Assembly: GCA_964514595.1 (NCBI GenBank)
Contig: CAZEQZ010000001.1
Location: forward strand, 43,914 to 107,913
Source: an uncultured Candidatus Saccharibacteria bacterium
Lineage (GTDB): Bacteria; Patescibacteriota; Dojkabacteria; SC72
Length of the DNA: 64,000 bases
Reading direction: 5' to 3'
Shown one piece after another: positions 1 through 12,415 of this stretch. Under the pieces are notes generated by a model, which saw nothing but the letters and a program-made list of their open reading frames with translations, did no database searches and had not been told where the DNA came from. Every line of letters begins with the position of its first letter. Positions within the stretch are counted from its first letter, which is position 1. Position numbers and translations under genes: made by a program.

Positions 1-1536
1 TTGAATAGTGAAGACAACGAAATATTGAGAGTAATAGATATAGAGGAAGTGAAATACGGAGATCTAGTTACATTTGAATTTAAATTGAATTTTAATTCAA
101 ACAGTAATCTTAATCCTGAAGGTCTATATAACTTCGATATCTCTATATTAGATAGAAGTATGGTTGGAAATTTAATAGATCATACCTCTGTTAAAAGCTA
201 TTTCAAATGGGGAATAGATTTGGAAGATCCTAGGATAGAAAATTTGGGGCAAAAGGTGATAGATGCGCAGGAGTTATTCCTAAACTGGGAGGCATATGGA
301 ACAGGGTCATATATTACAGATATAGTTCTGAATGGATATAGGGAAGTTGGATTAGATAGTTATGACATAACTTTATTATCTCCTCCTGGTTATGAAAATA
401 AAATAGAGCTAGGGGATATCTCCGGTGTAACAGGGAGCCTAAAGGAGGAATACTTGCTAAACAGTTGGCATTATCCAGACCTAAATAGTGGTGCTAATCC
501 AGAGGACCCGTATGTAGATTTTGAAAACACTAGAATAAATATAGGCTTAAATGCATTCGGTTCGATAATAATGTATGTAACTGCATATGACAAAGCTTGT
601 AATTATGCCTCCAAACCGCACAACATAGATCTGAGATCTTGGATAGCTACAAAGGGAGGAATAATGTACTCACAGGGTGGTTTCGGACCTGCAGCAAAAT
701 TATTGGAAGAGGAAAAGGAGGAAAGATTGATCCAAGCGTTGGGTCTAGCTGAAGGTAGGGGAAATATTGTTTTGGGCGATAGATTACTCACAGGAACGGG
801 TCTAATCTCTTCTAGTAGAAGAGATACGATAAGGAATATCGTGTATCCAGAACTAAAAGGTGTTGTGGCAGAGGGAGTATATGACACAAATGATAGGAAA
901 AGTTTCTGGTATGATTACTTAATTCAAAAACTTTTGATTCAGAAGGAATTGATAGATTTGGCAATATTTGAACATGAATTGCTAGATGATGAAGAGATAG
1001 GATTGAATACAGCAGAAAAATGTCTAGGTAATGAGAATTGCATAATATCTTCCTCCGATAATATAGTAGTCCCATCTGGATTTGAGTGTCAAAATAATAC
1101 CTTGATACTGTCTGGCGGAAATATAATATTAGAGCCTAATGTAAATTCCTCAGAGGGTGGAATTAAAGGATGCATATTCTTGGCGAAAGGAGATATAGAA
1201 ATAGGGCAGGGAGATTATCAAAGTTTAGGGTCGGACACTGTTCGGTATGATTACCTAGATGCATTCTTAATAGCAGAAAGACAGATAGTAATAAAAGAAG
1301 GTGATTTGGATAAGGCGGTTAGGGACGGCTTGCTAATATTCGGGAGTGCATTAGCATTTGGTAGAGATTTAGCAGATACCTCGGCTATAGTACTAAATAG
1401 GAATTTAAGACTATTTAACTACGATAATCCCACCTTAGTTGTATCTTGGGCTGTGAAGTACACGGAATTAGCTGAGATATTCTTTGGAACAGAATCGCCT
1501 TTGTATAAACAAGAAGTAGGATTTAAGGCACATTAA
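1..1536 (+). CDS. 5'-truncated hypothetical protein (large secreted or surface protein fragment; continues upstream of window)
   Basis: ORF open from base 1 with no upstream start in window. No recognisable catalytic motif. Composition and frame are coding-like. Confidence 0.45.
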   Translation: MNSEDNEILRVIDIEEVKYGDLVTFEFKLNFNSNSNLNPEGLYNFDISILDRSMVGNLIDHTSVKSYFKWGIDLEDPRIENLGQKVIDAQELFLNWEAYGTGSYITDIVLNGYREVGLDSYDITLLSPPGYENKIELGDISGVTGSLKEEYLLNSWHYPDLNSGANPEDPYVDFENTRINIGLNAFGSIIMYVTAYDKACNYASKPHNIDLRSWIATKGGIMYSQGGFGPAAKLLEEEKEERLIQALGLAEGRGNIVLGDRLLTGTGLISSSRRDTIRNIVYPELKGVVAEGVYDTNDRKSFWYDYLIQKLLIQKELIDLAIFEHELLDDEEIGLNTAEKCLGNENCIISSSDNIVVPSGFECQNNTLILSGGNIILEPNVNSSEGGIKGCIFLAKGDIEIGQGDYQSLGSDTVRYDYLDAFLIAERQIVIKEGDLDKAVRDGLLIFGSALAFGRDLADTSAIVLNRNLRLFNYDNPTLVVSWAVKYTELAEIFFGTESPLYKQEVGFKAH

Positions 1537-1544
1537 ATAATAAG

Positions 1545-2609
1545 ATGGAACAAAACATAAAAAAAATAGAAGATAATAAATATTCGGCACAGGCCCTCGC
1601 TATAGCTATGGTGGTTTTAGTGGTGTCTTCATTAATAGCTATGTCAGTCTATTCTAGGACCTCAAGAGATAAAAGTATGGCATTGGAAGAAAGAGCCTCT
1701 GCGGAAGCCTTGGAGGTGTCAGATTTAATTTTGGACAAGATAATGCTTTACAATGCAAAAGATTTGGTAGAAGCTGTAAGTGGCTTGTCTAGATTCTCTC
1801 TGGAGGAAGTTGCAGATTACACAGAAGGTGTAGTATTGAAAGAAAATGATAAAGTTACTGACATAACAGAGCTGTTTCGAAGTGTTAATATATTAGAAGC
1901 TGATGAGGTACTGTCTGATTTGGTAGATCCTCTCTGTCCCATAAATGTCGGGACTAATGAATATCAGTTAACGGTCAAAGAAATGGATCATTCCTCTTAC
2001 TACGAAATAAGGTCTGGTCATGTATGGAGCTTACCTGTAAAGAATCTAATGGAAGCCAATCTCTGTCTGTTGAACCTTAAACTAACAGTAAGGGGTGACT
2101 CGAGAGCAGGATTCTCTGTGATAAAGAAGTTTTGTAGATACGATGTGTATGGAGAGGTGGTAGATTGTGAAGAATTTAATCCAGAGGATCCAGATAAGGA
2201 TCATTTTACTAATTACTGTTTTTCAAGTGGTAATCTGTCATCTTGCAATAATACTGATTTCGTAGACTCTGATAATTGGATTAAGTACAATCCTGATGAT
2301 AAAGATAATGAGGGGATTGAACTAGAGATTGAAAGAAGATTAGTAGAGGTAGGAGAGGGAGGGGATCCAGTTACGCAAGCTCCAACGGAGTATCAATTGT
2401 CGGAAATTCGTGTGAAGGCGATAGGAGGAACGATAGGTATATCATATTACTTACCGGAGGATTGCCTGTCCGGCTTTAGAATGTATCAACTTAGAGCAAC
2501 TGCTAATTGCCAAGGAGTATATAGAGGTAAAGAAATCCTTATACCAGAAGCAAAATGGTACAATGTCTTGTTCGACTATGTACTATTTAATGGGGAAGGA
2601 TCTATGTAA
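1545..2609 (+). CDS. hypothetical membrane-anchored protein (single N-terminal TM helix AQALAIAMVVLVVSSLIAMSVY)
   Basis: ATG 9 nt after previous stop. N-terminal hydrophobic segment. Cys-rich C-terminal half. No classic prepilin G-F-T-L-I-E motif. Confidence 0.5.
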   Translation: MEQNIKKIEDNKYSAQALAIAMVVLVVSSLIAMSVYSRTSRDKSMALEERASAEALEVSDLILDKIMLYNAKDLVEAVSGLSRFSLEEVADYTEGVVLKENDKVTDITELFRSVNILEADEVLSDLVDPLCPINVGTNEYQLTVKEMDHSSYYEIRSGHVWSLPVKNLMEANLCLLNLKLTVRGDSRAGFSVIKKFCRYDVYGEVVDCEEFNPEDPDKDHFTNYCFSSGNLSSCNNTDFVDSDNWIKYNPDDKDNEGIELEIERRLVEVGEGGDPVTQAPTEYQLSEIRVKAIGGTIGISYYLPEDCLSGFRMYQLRATANCQGVYRGKEILIPEAKWYNVLFDYVLFNGEGSM

Positions 2610-2632
2610 AGAAAAATATAGATCCAAAGGTC

Positions 2633-2661
2633 TTGCATACACTCTTTTAGTATGTTAAAAT
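2633..2661 (+). promoter_or_regulatory. candidate sigma70-type rRNA operon promoter, TTGCAT-17nt-TAAAAT
   Basis: Hexamers read directly, about 275 nt upstream of the 16S 5' end, in the only long non-coding stretch before the operon. Confidence 0.35.
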
Positions 2662-2934
2662 CCTTCACGAGTTTGGGATTATATACGGAGATACTGGCTT
2701 CCTCTTAGAGTATGATTCTCTAACGAAAACCTGATATAAAGATATTTTCATATCTTCAAACAAATACCCTCCTCAGCTCCTTAAAAGTTGAAGAGTGACA
2801 GGAAGTCTAAATTCAAATTTTATGACTTTCTATATTAGTGTGATTGGGTCACACAATTCATTTAGTCAGACATTAAAAATCCAACTCAATGCTGGTTGGT
2901 CATATTACTTTGGTAATGTGTAAGTCAAGCGTTT

Positions 2935-4483
<1,549 letters not shown>

Positions 4484-4562
4484 CAAGGAGTAACCAAGAC
4501 TTTCCTGTCACTTTTTAGCTTTTAAGAAAGCTTAGATCTTTAAATATATGAACCAAGGAGAT

Positions 4563-4639
4563 GGGCGTATAGCTCAGCTGGTTAGAGCACAGTCCTGATA
4601 AGACTGAGGTCCCAAGTTCGATTCTTGGTGCGCCCACCA
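4563..4639 (+). tRNA. tRNA-Ile (anticodon GAT), CCA encoded
   Basis: GGGCGTATAGCTCAGCTGGTTAGAGC...CCTGATAAG...GGTTCGATTC...CGCCCACCA. Cloverleaf read by eye. Confidence 0.9.
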
Positions 4640-4651
4640 GATTCGATTAAT

Positions 4652-4725
4652 GGGCCTGTAGCTCAGCTGGCTAGAGCACTTCATTTGCAATGAAGAGGTC
4701 AAGGGTTCGATCCCCTTCAGGTCCA
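4652..4725 (+). tRNA. tRNA-Ala (anticodon TGC)
   Basis: GGGCCTGTAGCTCAGCTGGCTAGAGC...CATTTGCAATG...GGTTCGATCCCC. G3:U70 Ala identity pair present. No encoded CCA. Confidence 0.9.
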
Positions 4726-4869
4726 TAGATGACAGAGAAAGAAGAGAAATCTTTGATCTTTGAAACAAGATATATGTATATCTGTACTGTTGAGGTAGGT
4801 CCAATTTATTACAGTAGGATTAACAGTATCTGTAGTTGCACATTTACAACTGAATAGAAAGTAATTTCA

Positions 4870-8003
<3,134 letters not shown>

Positions 8004-8128
8004 GAATTTCGACTTTCTATTCGGTTTTAAGTGTACAAAGTACACTGTTCGCTCTTTAGAACTGAAGTCCTGTTGGTCTTTCGAAAGAAAGACCCCCAGG
8101 CAAAAGGACTTGATATATCGAATCTTTT

Positions 8129-8247
8129 TGCCTGGCGATTGTAGCAGAGTGGAACTACCTGACTCCATCCCGAACTCAGAAGTAAAACACTCTAGCGCCG
8201 AAAATACTTGGACCTTTGGTCCTGGGAAGATAGGTCATTGCCAGGAT
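8129..8247 (+). rRNA. rrf: 5S ribosomal RNA
   Basis: TGCCTGGCGATTGTAGCAGAGTGGAACTACCTGACTCCATCCCGAACTCAGAAGTAAAACACTCTAGCGCCGA...GCCAGGAT matches the bacterial 5S consensus. Confidence 0.85.
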
Positions 8248-8260
8248 TTTAGAAATTGAA

Positions 8261-8288
8261 ACCCACTCGAAAGAGTGGGTTTTTGTTT
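8261..8288. terminator. rho-independent terminator (ACCCACTC-GAAA-GAGTGGGT + T-tract), probably bidirectional
   Basis: Perfect 8-bp stem with GAAA loop followed by TTTTTGTTT. Sits between the 5S end and the stop of the convergent minus-strand gene. Confidence 0.6.
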
Positions 8289-9183
8289 ATACGTACCTCT
8301 TTAATATATCCTCAGTTTCTGAGGGATTGTTAATCTGGTGTACCTTTATGCCTAAGGATAGGATAGGGTAGTCATTTCCGTGGGGAGTAAATTCATCCCC
8401 TATATATATACAATTTTGTAATGGTATAGAAGTTAACTCAGATAGTTTAACAATATTATCTGCCTTGTTCATTCCCCTTGGTACTAAATCAATTGTATTT
8501 CTTCCCGTAATGAATATTTCATATTCATCACCCAACTTCTTTATTAATTCTTTCTTAATATTCTCCCTAACGCTCCCATCTATATCCCAGCTATCCTTCT
8601 CTAGATCGGTAGATTCATTTCCCAAACAATTTACAGATATAACAGAACCTTTATCATGTATCCTTTGCTTAGAATCGCTCCTAGGGGTGTATAATTTCCA
8701 AGGTACTCTTCTAATTATCCTTTCTATCCTTCTCTTTTTTCTAGTTGGTATATTGGGAGCTTCATATAGAACAAACCACCCATTCTCATACTCTAAGATT
8801 AAGTTCCCATACTTGGTACAGAGTAGGAGATTTTTAAGTAGGTCCGGATTATTTAACTCTGAGCTTGATATCAACAAGTCCCTTAAACCTTTAATAGACC
8901 TACCTGCTGTTAGTATTCCTACCTTATTCCTATGTAATAACGACGAAATAGTTTCAATCATTTTCTCGCCGGGAGCCTCCTTGGATTTGGCTATGGTGTT
9001 GTCATAGTCTAGTATGATTAATTTCTGCATTCTCCATTGTATCATGAGGGAGAGGATATAACCCAAGAGGGGACAGGGCCGATATATATTTTCACCAGGT
9101 CTGTTTTTGGTGGGAATACTGAATTTTGGGGCAAAACGGGGAGTAATGTTTAAGTTACGCAAGATGTGTTTATTAGCGGGCAC
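8287..9183 (-). CDS. HAD superfamily IIB hydrolase, eukaryotic-type phosphomannomutase-like (probable true start at 9030, MQKLIILDYDNTI)
   Basis: DxDxT motif LIILDYDNTI. C-terminal IYIGDEFTPHGNDYPI resembles the PMM GDKTxxGGNDxEI motif. The N-terminal 51 codons of the ORF lack homology and lie in the intergenic region. Confidence 0.65.
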   Translation of the reverse strand: MPANKHILRNLNITPRFAPKFSIPTKNRPGENIYRPCPLLGYILSLMIQWRMQKLIILDYDNTIAKSKEAPGEKMIETISSLLHRNKVGILTAGRSIKGLRDLLISSSELNNPDLLKNLLLCTKYGNLILEYENGWFVLYEAPNIPTRKKRRIERIIRRVPWKLYTPRSDSKQRIHDKGSVISVNCLGNESTDLEKDSWDIDGSVRENIKKELIKKLGDEYEIFITGRNTIDLVPRGMNKADNIVKLSELTSIPLQNCIYIGDEFTPHGNDYPILSLGIKVHQINNPSETEDILKRYV

Positions 9184-9405
9184 AGGGGGGTTGTCATTTG
9201 CACTGACGTAACACAGGGTATCTTCCGCCGTTTCGTAATAGAGAACAAAGTGTAAAGCAAATTAGCAGGAGAGGTTATAGTCGAATATAAATCTCAAATA
9301 GTCCTTGGCGGAGGGAAATAGTGGTGAGTAAAACAGTTGTACGAGATTCGGTGTGATTATGAATGTAGTATAATAATTAAGGTATAAATTTATGAAAATA
9401 TTGAT

Positions 9406-10437
9406 TTGAAGGCAAGCCGGGACTATAGGGTGTTTGTGTGTGAGGGGGTAGATCAAGTAGGGAAGGGAGATGCGATCTTAAATTTGTCTGAGAGATTGTT
9501 AGAGAACAGTATCCCCGTAACCTATTCCTCTTTTCCAATCTATGCCACTCCTGTTGGAACATTGGTGCGTTTTTCTTTGATTGGATTGCTTAAAGAATTT
9601 GAATTTGAAAAAATTCAAGAGCTAAAAATTAGAATGGCTCTCTATGCTCTCAATAGGCTGGAATTCATGGATGTTCTTCTATCCAATAGGGATTATAAAA
9701 AGACATTGATAGTCCTTGATAGGAGCCCCTTCAGTAATGCTGTGACAATAGGGTATGGCGTTATGAGTTTGGGAAAGTCTGCAGAGGATCAGGATGTAAA
9801 GGATTTGGTAGATTATGCTCTTTGGTTAGAGTCATTTATGATTAAAAAGTTAAGCCTGACCAACTCTGTTGTGCAGATGGTATCTGAAGATGAATCTTGG
9901 AAGAATCTTCGAAAGGAGAAAGGAGATATGTATGAGCAGGGTAATGTACAGAAACTATCTGGGGAGATATATGACTTGTATCAAGAAAGAGCAGGGAAAG
10001 GATGGAAGAAAGTTGTGACAAAAACAAAGAGTGGTTGGAGATCTCGTGAGGATATATCGGATGAAATATATGAATTTCTCCTCTCTAGAATCGAAGGTGT
10101 TAATGAAATGTCTAGGTCGAGTATGTACAAGTTAAGATATGAGATAGGGGCAGAGGAAATACTCAAAAATCTATACATTGGTGGGACATTGCCCAGTGGC
10201 CTGTTATCATCATATCTAAAGGCACTAAGATCTAATGACAAGGATAGTATGTACAGGCATGGGGTTGATATAGGGGTGCGTGTTGGAAGAACATGTCAGT
10301 TGGTGAAGATAAAAAATCCAAGGGTAAGGAAAGAAATGGGGAAGATAATAAAAGAGTTGCCAGAGATAAAAAGTATTATGTCTGGTTTAATAAATAAGGA
10401 CTTCTCAGATAAGTTTTGTAGAGCTTTAGATGACTAG
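9406..10437 (+). CDS. thymidylate/dNMP-kinase-fold protein with degenerate P-loop, plus about 150-aa C-terminal extension
   Basis: VFVCEGVDQVGKGD resembles the FEGxDGxGKT[TS] P-loop but lacks the Ser/Thr. A VLDRSPFSNAVTIGYG block sits where TMK has the DRY..SS.AYQG lid. TTG or GTG start is uncertain. Confidence 0.45.
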   Translation: MKASRDYRVFVCEGVDQVGKGDAILNLSERLLENSIPVTYSSFPIYATPVGTLVRFSLIGLLKEFEFEKIQELKIRMALYALNRLEFMDVLLSNRDYKKTLIVLDRSPFSNAVTIGYGVMSLGKSAEDQDVKDLVDYALWLESFMIKKLSLTNSVVQMVSEDESWKNLRKEKGDMYEQGNVQKLSGEIYDLYQERAGKGWKKVVTKTKSGWRSREDISDEIYEFLLSRIEGVNEMSRSSMYKLRYEIGAEEILKNLYIGGTLPSGLLSSYLKALRSNDKDSMYRHGVDIGVRVGRTCQLVKIKNPRVRKEMGKIIKELPEIKSIMSGLINKDFSDKFCRALDD

Positions 10438-11071
10438 GAAGCAATTAGCTATACATCTACTGTCAAAATTAGAAAAACTCTTCCCAGAGGCCACTACAGA
10501 GCTTGAGAACTGGTCAACACCGTTTCAGTTCTTGATCTGTATAATGTTGTCTGCACAAACTACAGATAAGCAGGTGAATAAAGTTACTAAAGAGCTATTT
10601 GAAAAATATCCAAATGCGAGTGTCTTGGCGAAAGCAGATATTGAAGATGTGCAGCATACCGTAGGGGGTATTAATTATTTTAAAACAAAATCTAAGCATA
10701 TAATTGAAACAGCCAAGATCATAAGTACTCAGTACAAAGGCAAGCCTCCCAAGGAGCTTCTAAAGCTCCAAAATCTCCCGGGTGTAGGTTACAAGACTGC
10801 AAATGTTTTCCTGAACGATCTATATAAAGCTAATCAGGGGATAGCAGTAGATACCCATGTTATGAGAGTTGCTATCAGATATGGGTTAAGTGAGGGGACA
10901 GACCCCACAAAGATAGCTCATGATCTAGAAAGTCTATATCCCAAAAAGGATTGGTACAAAGTTAATTCAACTTTTGTTTTATATGGTAGATATATTCTAA
11001 AGGCTAAAAAGCCTGATTGGGATAGGGTTGTTTTAAAGAAATATCTCAAAATAAGGACAGACCCAAAATAG
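10430..11071 (+). CDS. nth: endonuclease III-like HhH-GPD DNA glycosylase (no Fe-S cluster cysteines)
   Basis: HhH-GPD motif LPGVGYKTANVFL...GIAVDTHVMRV. Ends without the CxxxxxxCxxCxxxxxC cluster. 8-nt overlap with the upstream gene. Confidence 0.8.
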   Translation: MTRKQLAIHLLSKLEKLFPEATTELENWSTPFQFLICIMLSAQTTDKQVNKVTKELFEKYPNASVLAKADIEDVQHTVGGINYFKTKSKHIIETAKIISTQYKGKPPKELLKLQNLPGVGYKTANVFLNDLYKANQGIAVDTHVMRVAIRYGLSEGTDPTKIAHDLESLYPKKDWYKVNSTFVLYGRYILKAKKPDWDRVVLKKYLKIRTDPK

Positions 11072-11155
11072 TATGATATAATCCAACTGCAACATTTTAG
11101 ATTAGTAGTATGCAAATACCAGTTGCATGTATTGCATCACCAATAGGAAAATCCT

Positions 11156-12388
11156 ATGGATAATAAAAAACAAAAAGATTCATATTCACAGATAGATCAG
11201 TTTCTTGCTGATGGCGAGAACCAAATAAAAACATTCTCAAGGGGAGATATAGTAGAAGGCACCGTAGTGGATGTCAGAGATGGCCTTGTAGTTGTAGATA
11301 TTGGTTTTAAATCAGAAGGAATAGTGGCCGGGAGGGAGTTAAAGAGCGATGTTTTGGATTGGAGGGAGTTGAAAGAGGGAGACAAAATAATAGTATATGT
11401 TGTTAAGCCAGAAGATGAAGAAGGTCAATTGGTTCTTTCCATTAAGAGAACACAACAGGCCAGTGCATGGTTGAACCTAGAGAAGGCTAGAAAAGAAAAT
11501 GATGTGATAGAGACGGTAGTTGTAGAGTCTAATAATGGTGGTTTGATAGTAGAGATAGGTAAGGATATCAGAGGCTTCATCCCAACATCTCAGTTAGATG
11601 CTTCTAGGGTGTATTTAAATGGTGTGAGACAGGTGGGGAAGGATATTTCTTCTAAGGTTCAGAAAACTCTAAGCTCTTTGGTTGGAACAAAAATATCTAC
11701 AAGGATTATAGAGTTGGATAGGGAGAAGAATAGAATAATTCTCTCCGAGAAGATGGTCACACAATCAAGAGATCTAGAACAGAGAGAGAAGACCTTAAAT
11801 AAGGTAAAGGAAGGTGATGTGCTAGAAGGCACAGTAAGTGGCATTACACCTTTTGGTATATTTGTTAATGCAGAGGGCTTAGAAGGATTGGTTCATCTTT
11901 CCGAGCTATCTTGGGATAAGGTGGAGGATATTGGTAGTATGTATTCCGTTGGAAGTAAGGTGAAAGTTATGGTAATAGGAGTTTCCGATGGAGGAAAGAG
12001 GGTGGCATACAGTGTTAAGAGACTTCAACAAGACCCTTGGTCAGAAGCAATAGCGAAATATAAGGTAGGGGATATCGTTGAAGGAGAGATTCAAAAGGTT
12101 GTACCATATGGAGCTTTTGTAAGAATAGATAAAGGTCTAAATGGATTAATACATATTTCAGAACTTTCAGATAAACTTGTCAAAGATCCTGCAGATATAG
12201 TCAAAGAGGGTGACAAGGTTAAAGTTAAAATACTTTCCATATCTTCAACAGAGAGACATCTAGGTTTAAGTCTAAAAGCCACATCCTCTAAGGCACCAGT
12301 TAAGGTGGAAGAACCTAAAATCTCCAAGGAAGAGCTAGCCTCTGTGGTGGACTCTGCAGTGGAGGAGGAAATAGGAGAGAAAGAGTAA
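11156..12388 (+). CDS. rpsA: 30S ribosomal protein S1
   Basis: Four S1 RNA-binding repeats (GDIVEGTVV..., GDVLEGTVSGITPFGIFV..., GDIVEGEIQKVVPYGAFVRI...). Confidence 0.85.
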   Translation: MDNKKQKDSYSQIDQFLADGENQIKTFSRGDIVEGTVVDVRDGLVVVDIGFKSEGIVAGRELKSDVLDWRELKEGDKIIVYVVKPEDEEGQLVLSIKRTQQASAWLNLEKARKENDVIETVVVESNNGGLIVEIGKDIRGFIPTSQLDASRVYLNGVRQVGKDISSKVQKTLSSLVGTKISTRIIELDREKNRIILSEKMVTQSRDLEQREKTLNKVKEGDVLEGTVSGITPFGIFVNAEGLEGLVHLSELSWDKVEDIGSMYSVGSKVKVMVIGVSDGGKRVAYSVKRLQQDPWSEAIAKYKVGDIVEGEIQKVVPYGAFVRIDKGLNGLIHISELSDKLVKDPADIVKEGDKVKVKILSISSTERHLGLSLKATSSKAPVKVEEPKISKEELASVVDSAVEEEIGEKE

Positions 12389-12415
12389 TTGCCCAAGTAT
12401 ATAGTATAATTAGGA

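Noticed and set aside
1545-2609. Type IV pilin / pseudopilin call for the protein with N-terminal hydrophobic helix
   Set aside because: Lacks the Gly-Phe-Thr-Leu-Ile-Glu prepilin peptidase site (no Gly at -1, no Glu at +5). Kept as a generic membrane-anchored hypothetical protein.
8465-9007. 180-aa plus-strand ORF antisense to the HAD hydrolase gene, and 12091..12681-, 13753..14163-, 14371..14874-, 45580..46095-, 46650..46967- antisense ORFs
   Set aside because: Each is fully nested antisense to a well-supported conserved gene and is Ser/Leu/Phe-rich as expected from AT-rich antisense translation.
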